Of a DNA stretch of 32,797 bases, positions 1 to 9,736 are shown piece after piece. Position numbers and translations under genes: made by a program. The notes under the pieces were generated by a model that did no database searches, had not been told where the DNA came from, and was given only the letters and a program-made list of their open reading frames with translations. The first letter of the stretch is position 1; every line of letters begins with the position of its first letter. The stretch is from Alphaproteobacteria bacterium (GTDB taxonomy: Bacteria > Pseudomonadota > Alphaproteobacteria > UBA828): NCBI GenBank assembly GCA_963422645.2, contig CAXXVO010000022.1:1-32797 (forward strand). Reading direction: 5' to 3'.

Positions 1-75
1 CCACTCAAGCCGGTTCAGTCGAATGAACCCGTGAACGGGATCCCGAATCTCATACGGCTCTAACGGATCACTCAC
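1..75 (-). CDS. HD-domain dNTP triphosphohydrolase-like protein (SAMHD1/YdhJ-like), 5' end only, runs off the left edge
   Basis: Manual translation from GTG at 75: VSDPLEPYEIRDPVHGFIRLNRLEW. IRDPVHGFI is the typical N-terminal motif of this family. Not in the ORF track. Confidence 0.75.
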   Translation of the reverse strand, partial: MSDPLEPYEIRDPVHGFIRLNRLEW

Positions 76-135
76 GCTACTTTCCAAAACAGCATCTGTT
101 GGCCATGATTGTTCCCGTTTTGTGCTAAAGTCAAG

Positions 136-151
136 GTACTAGATATTGGGG
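136..151. promoter_or_regulatory. Candidate NrdR box upstream of the HD-domain gene
   Basis: GTACTAGATATTGGGG (reverse complement CCCCAATATCTAGTAC) resembles the NrdR consensus acaCwAtATaTwGtg. It lies between two minus-strand TTGAC hexamers (129-134, 168-173). No clear second box. Confidence 0.4.
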
Positions 152-554
152 TTACAGCTATCATAATCGTCAATTTGTGGCAATCCGCGTCGAACTGTTG
201 CTAAGCGTGGAATTTCAACCCCCAGAATCGCGCATGCTCAATCCGATACTGTGTCGACCAGCGTCGAACCTACGAAGTGAATGACAATGGAGAAGGCTGG
301 GGACGAGGTGGGGGCGACCGATGTAATCGGGTGTGAGCGGGATCCCCCGTCCGCATTCCCTTGACTCCCCGGACCATGGTGCAGCGTACAGGGTAGGGCG
401 CTCGCGACAGGATCGCGCCATGACGTGCGCGTGCAAACAGGCCGGGGCAGGCGGAGGTGCTCCTGCTCTTGCACCAGCAACCCGATTTTGCCGCGCTCGC
501 GACCCTTCGGGCGCGGGCGACATGGTGTCCGCGCGACGCACCGCGTGCGGGACG

Positions 555-617
555 TCCCACTTATCCCACCTGTCCCACTTATCCCACTTGAATCCCACTT
601 ATCCCGCGAATCCCACC
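555..617. repeat. Tandem ~9-bp TCCCAC-core repeat array (7 units)
   Basis: TCCCAC at 555, 564, 573, 582, 593, 611 and TCCCGC at 602. Confidence 0.9.
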
Positions 618-762
618 AAAAATTTGTGCGGGGCCAGCCCACTTGCGCCTCTCTCGTGCCCGAGCGGAGCGCGGGCGCCTGACGCGGGCCGTGACCCTGG
701 TGGGAGGTGCGGGTTAGGCTGCGGCGCGCTTGGATCGATGGGCAGAGGACGGAGCGGGGGCG

Positions 763-1764
763 ATGGAGAAGCTGCGGGTCGGAGTCATCGGGGTCGGTTG
801 GTTCGGGACGGTGCATTGCCGGGTCATTGCGGGCCACCCGGAGCTTGAGCTCGCCGCCCTTTGCGACGCGTCGGAAGAGCGCCTCGCGGAGATGGCGCGC
901 GAGCACGGCGTCGCCCGCACCTGCACCGACTATCGGGAGCTCGCCGAGGACCCGGAGATCGACGCGCTCGCGGTCGTGACACCCTGGGAGCACCACGCCG
1001 CACCCGTGCTCGCCGGGCTCGCGGCCGGCAAGCATGTCCTTGTCGAGAAGCCGATGGCATCGACGCTGGAGGATTGCCGGCGCATGTGCGACGCCGCGCG
1101 CGAGGGCGGCCCCATCCTGATGGTGGGCCACGTCTGCCGCTTCAACCCGCGCTACGTCTCCGCCAAGCAGGAGATCGACGCAGGCCGGATCGGCAAGGTG
1201 GTCGCGATCAACGCCCGTCGCAACGTTCCGGCGCAGTGGGTCACCGGCCAGCTCCAGACCATCGGCCCGGTCCTGCATACCTGCTCCCACGATACCGACT
1301 TGATGCTCTGGCTGACCGGCTCCAGGGTCGTGCGCGTCTACGCGCAGACCGTCAACACGCTCGGCCTGCCGCACGACGACGTGGCGCAGGTGATGTACCG
1401 CTTCGACAGCGGCGCGAGCGCCATCTACGAGGGCGCCTGGAACATGCCGGACAAGACGCCCTTCGATCTCGACGAGCGCATGTCGGTGATCGGCACCGAG
1501 GGCTTCATCCACATCCAGGACACCTTCCCCAGTATCGGCATCTGCACCAAGGACGGCTTCCGCAGCCCGGACACGACCTACTGGCCGGAGCTGCACGGCA
1601 TCACGGGCGGCACGCTGCGCGACGAGTGGTCCTACTTCGCCGACTGCGTCCGCGAGGGCAGGCGGCCCGCGGTGATCAAGCCGGAGGACGGGATGGAGGC
1701 GGTGCGCACCGTGCTCGCCGCCTATGAATCATCGACCAGCGGCGCGGTGGTGACGCTCGACTGA
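763..1764 (+). CDS. Gfo/Idh/MocA family oxidoreductase
   Basis: GVIGVGWFG Rossmann motif, HVLVEKPMA, VGHVCRFNP, HDTD; ATG 763 follows GGAG. Confidence 0.92.
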   Translation: MEKLRVGVIGVGWFGTVHCRVIAGHPELELAALCDASEERLAEMAREHGVARTCTDYRELAEDPEIDALAVVTPWEHHAAPVLAGLAAGKHVLVEKPMASTLEDCRRMCDAAREGGPILMVGHVCRFNPRYVSAKQEIDAGRIGKVVAINARRNVPAQWVTGQLQTIGPVLHTCSHDTDLMLWLTGSRVVRVYAQTVNTLGLPHDDVAQVMYRFDSGASAIYEGAWNMPDKTPFDLDERMSVIGTEGFIHIQDTFPSIGICTKDGFRSPDTTYWPELHGITGGTLRDEWSYFADCVREGRRPAVIKPEDGMEAVRTVLAAYESSTSGAVVTLD

Positions 1765-1938
1765 CGCGCGCGGCGCCCCCGGCACGCCGAGCAGCTCGGC
1801 TGTCGCCGAGTCCGGAGCGTCGCCTGGCGCCGAGCGCCCTTCCGCCCGCGCGGCATCTGCGCCATGATCCCGGCCTCGCGCCGAAAGGCGCGGCAACGGA
1901 TGAGCGCCGCAAGGCACGGCACGGATGGGGAGAGGGTC

Positions 1939-2703
1939 ATGGCCAAGATACTCGTAATCGTTCCCTTCGCCTTCGACGAGAAGGGGCTCGCAAACCGGCG
2001 CTCGCAGCTGGATTCGGTCTCGTTCGGCCCGGATATCGAATTCGAATTTCGGGGCGTCAAGGCGGGGCCCGCGCTGCTCGACTGCTACCACGACTACAGC
2101 ATGGCCGACATCTCGCTCTTCGAAGCGGGCCTCACGGCCCAGGACGACGGCTACGACGCCGTCTGCATCGACACCATGAGCGATTCGGGCATGAACGCCA
2201 TGCGCTCGGTGCTCGACATTCCGGTGATCGGGCCGGGGCGGGCCTCCTTCATGATGGCGCTCATGTTCTGCAACCGCTTCTCGGTGGTAACCCAGTGGGA
2301 CGGCTGGATCCCGCTCTACAAGAAGAGCAGCGTCGAGTACGGCGTCGCCGACCGGCTCGCGTCCGTCCGCTCCATCAACGTGATGCCGGACGTGGAGAAC
2401 CTGCTCGGCGGCAAGGAGGAGGTGGTCTTCCCCAAGCTGGTGGAGTGCGCCACGCGCTGCATCGAGGACGACGGCGCCGAGCTGATCCTACTCGGCTCCA
2501 CCACCATGCACCAGGCGCACGGCCACATGGCCGAGAACCTGCCGGTACCAGTCATCAACCCCGGCCCGCTCACCTACAAGCTCGCCGAGTGCGTGCTGGG
2601 ACTGGGGCTCAGCCACAGCCGCAAGGCCTACCCCAGCCCAACAGTGCCGAAGCCCGCCATGGTCCATGCCATGATGGATGGCGCTGCGACCGTCGGCGAC
2701 TGA
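1939..2703 (+). CDS. Asp/Glu/hydantoin racemase family protein
   Basis: DGYDAVCIDTMSDSG, DIPVIGPG, ILLGSTTM, PVPVINP motifs; GGAGAGGG RBS. Confidence 0.85.
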   Translation: MAKILVIVPFAFDEKGLANRRSQLDSVSFGPDIEFEFRGVKAGPALLDCYHDYSMADISLFEAGLTAQDDGYDAVCIDTMSDSGMNAMRSVLDIPVIGPGRASFMMALMFCNRFSVVTQWDGWIPLYKKSSVEYGVADRLASVRSINVMPDVENLLGGKEEVVFPKLVECATRCIEDDGAELILLGSTTMHQAHGHMAENLPVPVINPGPLTYKLAECVLGLGLSHSRKAYPSPTVPKPAMVHAMMDGAATVGD

Positions 2704-2721
2704 CGAGAGGAGACGCAGGGG

Positions 2722-3513
2722 TTGGCCGGACGGCTGGAAGGCCGCGTCGCGCTCGTCACCGGCGCCGGGAAGGGCCTCGGCGCGGCAATGGCGCGCGGGA
2801 TGGCGGCGGAGGGCGCGCTGGTCGCGGTCAGCGATATCGACACGAAAGGCGGCACGGCGCTCGTGGCGGAGCTTGAGGCGGAGGGCCACGAGGCGATGTT
2901 CATCGCCCTCGACGTGACCAGGGAGGCCGACTGGGAGGCCGCGATCCCGGCCGTGATCGACCGCTTCGGCGGCCTCGACATCCTGGTCAACAACGCAGGC
3001 ATCGTCGTCGTCGAGCCGGTCGAGGTGGCCACGCTGGAGAGCTGGCGCAAGACCATGTCGGTCAACCTCGACGGCGTCTTCCTCGGCACCAAGCACGGTA
3101 TGGCCGCGATGCGCGCAGGCGGCTCGATCATCAACCTCTCGTCGATCATGGGCTTTACGAGCACGCCGGAGCTCACTGCCTACAGCGCATCCAAGGGAGC
3201 GGTCAGACTCTTCACCAAAGGCGCGGCGCTGGATGGCGCCAAGGATGAGCGCCGCATCCGGGTGAACTCGATCCATCCCGGCTACATCCATACTGAGATG
3301 ATGGAGGCCACCTGCTACAGCGAGTACGGCAGCCTGGAAGCGGGGCTCGCGGCGATCGCCAAGCGGCACCCGATCGGGCGCGTGGGCCAGCCGCGGGATA
3401 TCGCTAACGGCGCGATCTTCCTCGCGTCCGAGGAATCGAGCTTCATCACCGGCACGGAGCTCGTGATCGACGGCGGCTATTTGGCCGTGGGCGGCTACGA
3501 CGTCCAGCCGTAG
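2722..3513 (+). CDS. Short-chain dehydrogenase/reductase, copy 1 (TTG start)
   Basis: TGAGKGLG, NNAG, YSASK, NSIHPG; AGAGGAG RBS 9 nt upstream. Confidence 0.93.
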   Translation: MAGRLEGRVALVTGAGKGLGAAMARGMAAEGALVAVSDIDTKGGTALVAELEAEGHEAMFIALDVTREADWEAAIPAVIDRFGGLDILVNNAGIVVVEPVEVATLESWRKTMSVNLDGVFLGTKHGMAAMRAGGSIINLSSIMGFTSTPELTAYSASKGAVRLFTKGAALDGAKDERRIRVNSIHPGYIHTEMMEATCYSEYGSLEAGLAAIAKRHPIGRVGQPRDIANGAIFLASEESSFITGTELVIDGGYLAVGGYDVQP

Positions 3514-3569
3514 GCCTGCGCACGACGGCCCCGGCGACCGGCGACGATTGACGAGAGGAGATGCAGGGA

Positions 3570-4361
3570 ATGGCAGGACGACTGGAGGGCCGCGTCGCGC
3601 TCGTCACCGGCGCCGGCAAGGGCCTCGGCGCTGCAATGGCGCGCGGGATGGCGGCGGAAGGCGCGCCTGTCGCGCTCAGCGATATCGAGGAGGAGGGCGC
3701 CAAGGCGCTCGCGGCGGAGCTCGAGGCAGGCGGCGCCGAGACCATGTTCATCGCCCTGGACGTGACCAAGGAGGCCGATTGGGAGGCCGCGATTCCGGCC
3801 GTGATCGATCGCTTCGGCGGGCTCGACATCCTCGTCAACAACGCGGGCGTCGGCATCGTCGAGCCGCTCGACGAGGTCACGCTGGAGAGCTGGCACAAGA
3901 CCATGTCGGTCAATGTCGACGGCGTCTTCCTCGGTACCAAGCACGGTATGGCCGCGATGCGCGCGGGCGGCTCGATCATCAACATCTCGTCGATCCTGGG
4001 CTTCACGAGCCGAGCGGCGCTGTCGGCCTACAGCGCGTCCAAGGGGGCGGTCAGGCTCTTTTCCAAGGGGGCGGCGCTGGACGGCGCCAAGGACGAGCGC
4101 CGCATCCGGGTGAACTCGATCCACCCCGGTTACATCCATACCGAGATGATGGAGGACACCTGCTACCGCGACTACGGCGGCCTGGAAGCGGGGCTCGCGG
4201 CGCTCGGCAAGCAGCACCCCATCGGCCGCGTGGGCAAGCCGGAGGACATTGCCAACGGCGCGGTCTTCCTCGCGTCCGAGGAATCGAGCTTCATCACCGG
4301 CACGGAGCTCGTGATCGACGGCGGCTATCTGGCAGTGGGCGGCTACGACGTCCAGCCGTAA
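3570..4361 (+). CDS. Short-chain dehydrogenase/reductase, copy 2
   Basis: Same motifs; colinear paralog of copy 1 at an 848-bp offset. Confidence 0.93.
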   Translation: MAGRLEGRVALVTGAGKGLGAAMARGMAAEGAPVALSDIEEEGAKALAAELEAGGAETMFIALDVTKEADWEAAIPAVIDRFGGLDILVNNAGVGIVEPLDEVTLESWHKTMSVNVDGVFLGTKHGMAAMRAGGSIINISSILGFTSRAALSAYSASKGAVRLFSKGAALDGAKDERRIRVNSIHPGYIHTEMMEDTCYRDYGGLEAGLAALGKQHPIGRVGKPEDIANGAVFLASEESSFITGTELVIDGGYLAVGGYDVQP

Positions 4362-4415
4362 GCGGAGCAGCACACAGCCCCTGTCGTAATTTGTCAGGGG
4401 GATCGCAAAGAAACA

Positions 4416-4527
4416 CCCCACCTCCCCCTGTCCCCCTCCCCCCGAAGGGCGGAGGGGGAACGCAACGGCGACGACCTTATCTCCCTCTCTTCCCCTGAGG
4501 GGAGGAGAGGGCCGGGGTGAGGAGGGG
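4416..4527. repeat. Bipartite palindromic REP-like element, copy A
   Basis: CCCACCTCCCCCTGTCCCCCTCCC..GAGGGGGAACG, spacer, CTCCCTCTC..GAGAGGGCCGGGGTGAGG; a reverse-complement copy lies at 18407-18517. Confidence 0.85.
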
Positions 4528-4556
4528 CCCAGTCCGAAGCAAGCAAAGGTGTTGAC

Positions 4557-5573
4557 ATGAACGCGGCCATCAATCGCCAGGTCAGGCTCGCGGCGCGGCC
4601 GGAGGGCATGCCGAGGGTAAGCGACTTCTCTCTGGCCGAGGAGCCGGTGCTCGAGCCTCGCCGTGGCCAGGCGCTGGTGCGCGTGCTCGCGCTCTCCCTC
4701 GACCCCTACATGCGCGGGCGCATGAGCGCGGCCAAATCCTACGCGGCGCCGGTCGGCATTGGCGACGTGATGACCGGGGGCGCGGTGGGCGAGGTCGTGC
4801 GCTCGGAGGCCGCGGGCCTCAAGGAAGGCGACCTGGTGGAGGGCATGTTCGGCTGGCAGGAGTACGCGCTCTGCTCGCGGGGCACGGCGCGGGTTCTGCC
4901 GGAGTCTCCCTATCCGCCCTCCTACGCGCTCGGCATCCTCGGCATGCCCGGCGCCACCGCGTACTTCGGCCTACTGGAGGTAGGCCGCCCGCGCCCCGGC
5001 GACACGGTGGCGGTCTCCGCGGCCTCGGGCGCCGTCGGCGCGGTGGTGGGGCAGATCGCCAAGATCGGCGGCTGCCGCGTGGTCGGCACGGTCGGCAGCG
5101 ACGAGAAGGCGGCCTACATCACCGAGCAGCTGGGCTTCGACGCCGCGATCAACTACCGCACCGCCAACGACCTCGGCGCCGCGCTCGACGAAGCCTGCCC
5201 CGACGGCATCGATGTCTACTTCGACAACGTGGGCGGGCCCGTGACCGACCGGGTGATGAACCGCCTCGCCTTCAAGGCGCGCGTGGTGGTCTGCGGCAAC
5301 ATCCACCACTACACGCTGACCGAGGCCTATGTTGGCCCGAGCCACCTGCGCTCGATCCTGATCAACCGGGCGCGGGTCGAGGGCTTCCTCGTGCTCGACT
5401 GGCTGGAGCGCTATCCCGAGGCCTTCGCGCGGCTCACGGCGTGGCTCGACGACGGCTCCATGACCTATAGGGAGCACGTTATCGAAGGCCTGGAGAACGC
5501 GCCGGAGGGGCTCGGCATGCTCTTCGAGGGGCGCAACTTCGGCAAGCTCGTGGTCAAGGTGGCGGAGCGCTGA
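4557..5573 (+). CDS. NADP-dependent oxidoreductase (CurA/YncB/prostaglandin reductase-like MDR)
   Basis: LSLDPYMRGRM, GMPGATAYFGL, SAASGAVG, YFDNVGG, GRNFGKLVV. Confidence 0.92.
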   Translation: MNAAINRQVRLAARPEGMPRVSDFSLAEEPVLEPRRGQALVRVLALSLDPYMRGRMSAAKSYAAPVGIGDVMTGGAVGEVVRSEAAGLKEGDLVEGMFGWQEYALCSRGTARVLPESPYPPSYALGILGMPGATAYFGLLEVGRPRPGDTVAVSAASGAVGAVVGQIAKIGGCRVVGTVGSDEKAAYITEQLGFDAAINYRTANDLGAALDEACPDGIDVYFDNVGGPVTDRVMNRLAFKARVVVCGNIHHYTLTEAYVGPSHLRSILINRARVEGFLVLDWLERYPEAFARLTAWLDDGSMTYREHVIEGLENAPEGLGMLFEGRNFGKLVVKVAER

Positions 5574-5577
5574 AGCC

Positions 5578-6669
5578 ATGGCCCAGACGGGGGTAAGCGC
5601 GCCGGAAGCGACCGTCTGCGCCCTGATCGAGGACATCTTCGGGGCGCTGGGCTTCACCGCCCAGGAGCGCGCGGTGCTGACCGAGACCCTGCTGGAGGCG
5701 AGCCGCGCGGGCTATCACTCCCACGGGGTGATGCGCATCCCCACCTTCGCCGAGGACACCAGGGCAGGGATGATCGCGCCGGCGGTGGCGCCCGTGGTGG
5801 TACACGAGACCGCGGCGGCGGCGATGATCGATGCGCGGCGCTGCCTCGGCCCTGCCTCCTGCGTCTTTGCGGTGGAGCAGGCCAGCGCCAAGGCGCGGAC
5901 CCACGGCATCGGCTGTGCGGCGGTGCGCAACGGCAATGACGTGGCCCGCCTCGGCGCCTACGTCGGCGGGCCTGCGCGGGAAGGCCTGATGACCCTGCTG
6001 CTGGTGAACGACGCCGGCGGCGGCGCCTGCGTCGCGCCCTTCGGTAGCGCGGCGCCCTTCCTCAGCACCAACCCGCTCGCCTGCGGCATCCCGCGCGCGC
6101 CGGGCAAGCCGCCGCTGGTGATCGACCTCTCCACCTCGGTCGTGGCGCTGGGCAAGATCAGGATGGCCGCGAACCAGGGCGAGGCCGTGCCGAAAGGCTG
6201 GCTGATCGACCGCGAGGGCCGGCCGACCACGGAGCCTGGCGGCTTCTTCGAGACGCCACGCGTGGCCTCGCTGCTGCCTTTGGGCGGCGCGGCCGACGGC
6301 CACAAGGGGTTCCTGCTCAGCCTGATCGTCGAGGCCTTCGCGGGCGCGCTCGCCGGGGCCGGCATGAGCCGCGGCAACGAGAACGAGGACCAGGGCAACG
6401 GCCTCTTCGTGCTCGCCGCCGATCCGCCGGCGCTCGGCATGGGTGCGGAGTTCGTGCGGACGATGGAGGAGTTCGTCGCGAGCCTGCAGGCCTTGCCGCC
6501 TGCCGAGGGCAGCGCGGGCGTGCGCCTCCCCGGTGCGCGGGCCGGTGGGGGCCCGGGGGTTCCCTTCCCCATCGATGGCCCCACCTGGGCGCGAATCAAG
6601 GTGATTTTGGACGCGCTCTCGCTCGGCGACGACTACGGCCTGACGCCGGCGGCAGGCGGGGAGCAATAG
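5578..6669 (+). CDS. Ldh2 (type 2 malate/lactate/sulfolactate dehydrogenase) family oxidoreductase
   Basis: GYHSHGVMRI, STNPLACGIP, DLSTS, GHKGFLL, VRLPG. Confidence 0.88.
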   Translation: MAQTGVSAPEATVCALIEDIFGALGFTAQERAVLTETLLEASRAGYHSHGVMRIPTFAEDTRAGMIAPAVAPVVVHETAAAAMIDARRCLGPASCVFAVEQASAKARTHGIGCAAVRNGNDVARLGAYVGGPAREGLMTLLLVNDAGGGACVAPFGSAAPFLSTNPLACGIPRAPGKPPLVIDLSTSVVALGKIRMAANQGEAVPKGWLIDREGRPTTEPGGFFETPRVASLLPLGGAADGHKGFLLSLIVEAFAGALAGAGMSRGNENEDQGNGLFVLAADPPALGMGAEFVRTMEEFVASLQALPPAEGSAGVRLPGARAGGGPGVPFPIDGPTWARIKVILDALSLGDDYGLTPAAGGEQ

Positions 6670-6675
6670 CCTGCC

Positions 6676-7527
6676 GTGAGCGATCCGGGCGACGAAGCGG
6701 CGCGGCAAGAGCGGGCGCGGGCCTGGTTCGAGGGGCTGCGGGACGACATCTGCGCCGCCTTCGAGGCGATCGAGGACGAAGCCGAGACCGCAGGCGCCCG
6801 CCCCGGCCGCTTCGAGCGCAAGCCCTGGGAGCGGCCCGGCGGCGGCGGCGGCGTGATGTCGCTGATGCGGGGCCGGGTGTTCGAGAAGGTGGGCGTCAAC
6901 GTCTCGACCGTGCACGGCACGTTCTCCGAGAGCTTCCGCCAGAAGGTGACGGGCGCTGCGGAGGACGGCTGCTTCTGGGCAAGCGGCATCTCCGTCGTGG
7001 CCCACATGCGCTCGCCGCTGGTGCCGGCGGTCCACATGAACACCAGGCATATCGTCACCAGCACTTGGTGGTTCGGCGGCGGCACCGATCTCACGCCCGC
7101 CTATCCGGACGAGCGCGACACGGCGGACTTTCACGCGGCGCTCAGCCAAGCCTGCGCGCGCCACGATGCCGACTACTATCCGCGCTTCAAGGCGTGGTGC
7201 GATCGCTACTTCCACCTGCCTCACCGCGAGGAGGCGCGCGGCGTCGGCGGCATCTTCTACGACGACCTCAACACAGGCGACTGGGAGGCGGACTTTGGCT
7301 TCACCCGGGATGTCGGCCGCGCCTTCCTCGATATCTATCCGGCGATCGTGCGCCGACGTAAGGCAGAGCCCTGGACCGAGGAAGAGCGAGCGCACCAGCT
7401 TGCCCGCCGCGGCCGCTACGTCGAGTTCAACCTGCTCTATGACCGGGGCACGCGCTTCGGGCTGGAGACCGGCGGCAACACCGAGGCGATCCTGATGTCG
7501 CTGCCGCCCGAGGTGCGCTGGCCCTGA
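6676..7527 (+). CDS. hemF: Oxygen-dependent coproporphyrinogen III oxidase
   Basis: [39 protein letters not shown]. Confidence 0.96.
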   Translation: MSDPGDEAARQERARAWFEGLRDDICAAFEAIEDEAETAGARPGRFERKPWERPGGGGGVMSLMRGRVFEKVGVNVSTVHGTFSESFRQKVTGAAEDGCFWASGISVVAHMRSPLVPAVHMNTRHIVTSTWWFGGGTDLTPAYPDERDTADFHAALSQACARHDADYYPRFKAWCDRYFHLPHREEARGVGGIFYDDLNTGDWEADFGFTRDVGRAFLDIYPAIVRRRKAEPWTEEERAHQLARRGRYVEFNLLYDRGTRFGLETGGNTEAILMSLPPEVRWP

Positions 7528-7581
7528 GGGTCAGCCGGCACGGCTCTTGCCGGGCTCGTGGCGCCCTCGTAGCGTATTCAG

Positions 7582-8874
7582 ATGCAAGAGGCGGGAAACG
7601 AGAACAAAGCGCTCGCCGCAGTGCTGCGCGGCAGGCGAATCCTGCTCGTGATCGCGGGCGGGATTGCCGCCTACAAGTGCCTCGACCTGATCCGGCGGCT
7701 CCGGGAGAAGGGCGCAGAAGTGCGCTGCATCCTGACCCGTGCCGGCGCCGAGTTCGTTACCCCGCTCTCGGTCGAGACCCTCGCCGGGCAGACGGTTTAC
7801 ACCGACACGCTCGCGCTCACCGCAGACAGCGAGATCGCCCACATCAGGCTGGGGCAGGAGGCCGATATCGTGGTGGTGGCGCCCGCGACCGCCGATATCC
7901 TGGCCAGGATGACCCACGGCATCGCCGACGACCTCGCGACATCGACCCTAATCGCGGCGGACAAGCCGGTGCTCGTGGCGCCCGCCATGAACACGCGCAT
8001 GTGGCAACACCCCGCGACCGAGCGCAACCGGGCGCGGCTCGAGGCCGACGGCGTCAGCTTCGTCGGGCCAAACGACGGCCCGCTGGCGGAGGGCGAGAGC
8101 GGCCCCGGCCGCATGGCCGAGGTGACGGAGATCGTGGCCGCCATCGTTGAAGTCCTGGGCGGCGCCCGCCCCGGACCCCTCGCCGGCCTGCGGGTGCTGG
8201 TCACCAGCGGCCCGACCTACGAGCCCATCGACCCGGTGCGCTTCCTCGGCAATCGTTCCTCCGGCAAGCAGGGCCACGCCATCGCCGCCGCCTGCGCCGA
8301 GGCGGGCGCCGATGTGCTGCTCGTCTCGGGTCCGACCGCCGAGGCGCCGCCGGCGAGAGTGGAAACGGTGCGGGTCGAGACGGCCGAGGAAATGCGGGCC
8401 GCCTGCGAGCAAGGCCTGCCGGCCGACGTCGCCGTCTGCGCGGCTGCGGTCTCGGACTGGCGCGCGGCGGCGCCCCAGGAGCAGAAAATCAAAAAGCCCC
8501 GAGGGAGCAAGGGCCGTGGCGATGCTGGGCTCACCTTGGAACTCGCGGAGAACCCGGACATTTTAGCCTCGCTCAGCGCCGCGGGCCCGAAGCGCCCGCG
8601 TCTTGTGATCGGCTTCGCCGCCGAGACCGAGGACGTCGTAGCCAACGCCGCCGCCAAGCTCACGGCCAAGGGCTGCGACTGGATCCTGGCCAACCAGGTG
8701 GCGGAAGGCGCGGTCTTCGGCGATGATGAGAACCTCGTGCGCCTCCTCACGCGCGCCGAGGATGGCGGGGCGCCGGCGGTCGAGCAGTGGCCCCGCATGA
8801 GCAAGGCCGAAGTGGCAGCGCGGCTGGTCCAACGCATCGCGCAGGCGCTCGCAGAAGACACAGAGGGGGCATGA
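7582..8874 (+). CDS. coaBC: Phosphopantothenoylcysteine decarboxylase/phosphopantothenate-cysteine ligase
   Basis: [45 protein letters not shown]. Confidence 0.96.
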   Translation: MQEAGNENKALAAVLRGRRILLVIAGGIAAYKCLDLIRRLREKGAEVRCILTRAGAEFVTPLSVETLAGQTVYTDTLALTADSEIAHIRLGQEADIVVVAPATADILARMTHGIADDLATSTLIAADKPVLVAPAMNTRMWQHPATERNRARLEADGVSFVGPNDGPLAEGESGPGRMAEVTEIVAAIVEVLGGARPGPLAGLRVLVTSGPTYEPIDPVRFLGNRSSGKQGHAIAAACAEAGADVLLVSGPTAEAPPARVETVRVETAEEMRAACEQGLPADVAVCAAAVSDWRAAAPQEQKIKKPRGSKGRGDAGLTLELAENPDILASLSAAGPKRPRLVIGFAAETEDVVANAAAKLTAKGCDWILANQVAEGAVFGDDENLVRLLTRAEDGGAPAVEQWPRMSKAEVAARLVQRIAQALAEDTEGA

Positions 8875-9347
8875 GCGCGCCGGTCGAGGTTAGAGTCCAG
8901 CGCCTGGCCCACGGTCGCGACCTGCCGCTCCCCAGCTACGCCAGCGCCGGCAGCGCCGGCCTCGACCTCTACGCTGCAACAGGCCCGCTCACGCTTGCGC
9001 CGGGCGCGCGCGCCCTGGTCGGAACCGGGCTGGCACTGGCATTACCGGAGGGCTTCGAAGGCCAGATCAGGCCGCGCTCCGGCCTCGCGCTCAAACACGG
9101 CGTGACCGTGCTCAACGGCCCCGGCACCATCGATTCCGACTATCGCGGCGAGATCGGCGTGCTGCTGGTCAACTGGGGCGAAGACCCGTTCGTGGTGGAG
9201 CGCGGCATGCGCATCGCCCAGCTCGTGATCGCGCCGGTGGTCCGGGCGCATCTGGTGGAGGGCGAGGTGCCGCCGAGCGACAGGGGCGCGGGCGGCTTCG
9301 GCTCGACCGGGCTCGGCCCGACAAGCGACGGCAACCCAAGACCATGA
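8871..9347 (+). CDS. dut: dUTP diphosphatase
   Basis: [32 protein letters not shown]; ATGA overlap with coaBC stop. Confidence 0.96.
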   Translation: MSAPVEVRVQRLAHGRDLPLPSYASAGSAGLDLYAATGPLTLAPGARALVGTGLALALPEGFEGQIRPRSGLALKHGVTVLNGPGTIDSDYRGEIGVLLVNWGEDPFVVERGMRIAQLVIAPVVRAHLVEGEVPPSDRGAGGFGSTGLGPTSDGNPRP

Positions 9348-9436
9348 GCGAACGCCGTTGATCGCGTTCGGCGCGCATTGCACAATGCCCTGCCGGCGCC
9401 GAAGCGCGCCGGGCCGGTCACGAAAGGGGGGCAGGC

Positions 9437-9736
9437 ATGAGGTTAAGTCGCAGAGGTCGGTTTGGAGTTGGGGCCGTGCTGCCCATAATGTTCGTCGCAG
9501 GCTTGGCGGTCGCGGCGTTCACGGGCCATGTCGGCGAGGTTCGCGCGGACGACCATCAGCTTGAGCTGGTTTCGATCGAGGCGGGAAGCGGCAAGACTCA
9601 GTCTTGCGCCGGCACTATCGCCGCGGACGGCTCGTGCCTCGAACAGACCGACGCCACGTACGTTGCGTCCACCGTGCTCGACGAGGGCGCAACCCCGAAG
9701 GTCAAGGCGGGCAGCTGCGCGAGAGCCGCCAAGTGA
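9437..9736 (+). CDS. Small hypothetical exported protein
   Basis: Basic N-terminus, hydrophobic stretch and V-R-A cleavage-like site; fills the dut-cysK gap. Confidence 0.5.
   Translation: MRLSRRGRFGVGAVLPIMFVAGLAVAAFTGHVGEVRADDHQLELVSIEAGSGKTQSCAGTIAADGSCLEQTDATYVASTVLDEGATPKVKAGSCARAAK

Larger units (their letters stand above)
2701..4361 (+). repeat. Tandem gene duplication (2701-3513 and 3549-4361)
   Basis: Both units start TGACGAGAGGAG and end GGCTACGACGTCCAGCCGTA(G/A); same length. Confidence 0.92.

Noticed and set aside
298-372. Possible structured ncRNA (nested GC-rich inverted repeats)
   Set aside because: No recognisable family motif; such pairing is expected at this GC content.
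555-617. Possible CRISPR array or chromosomal oriC
   Set aside because: Units are 9 bp with no spacers and no cas genes; they are not true DnaA boxes and no origin-linked genes are nearby.
238-1596. Long antisense and alternative-frame ORFs (also 5554-7395, 15348-17285, 28752-30890 and others)
   Set aside because: Shadow ORFs of real genes in high-GC DNA, with no recognisable motifs.
7536-7551. Sigma54-like CGGCAC-N5-TTGC upstream of coaBC
   Set aside because: It coincides with a GC-rich hairpin after hemF and is likely a chance match.
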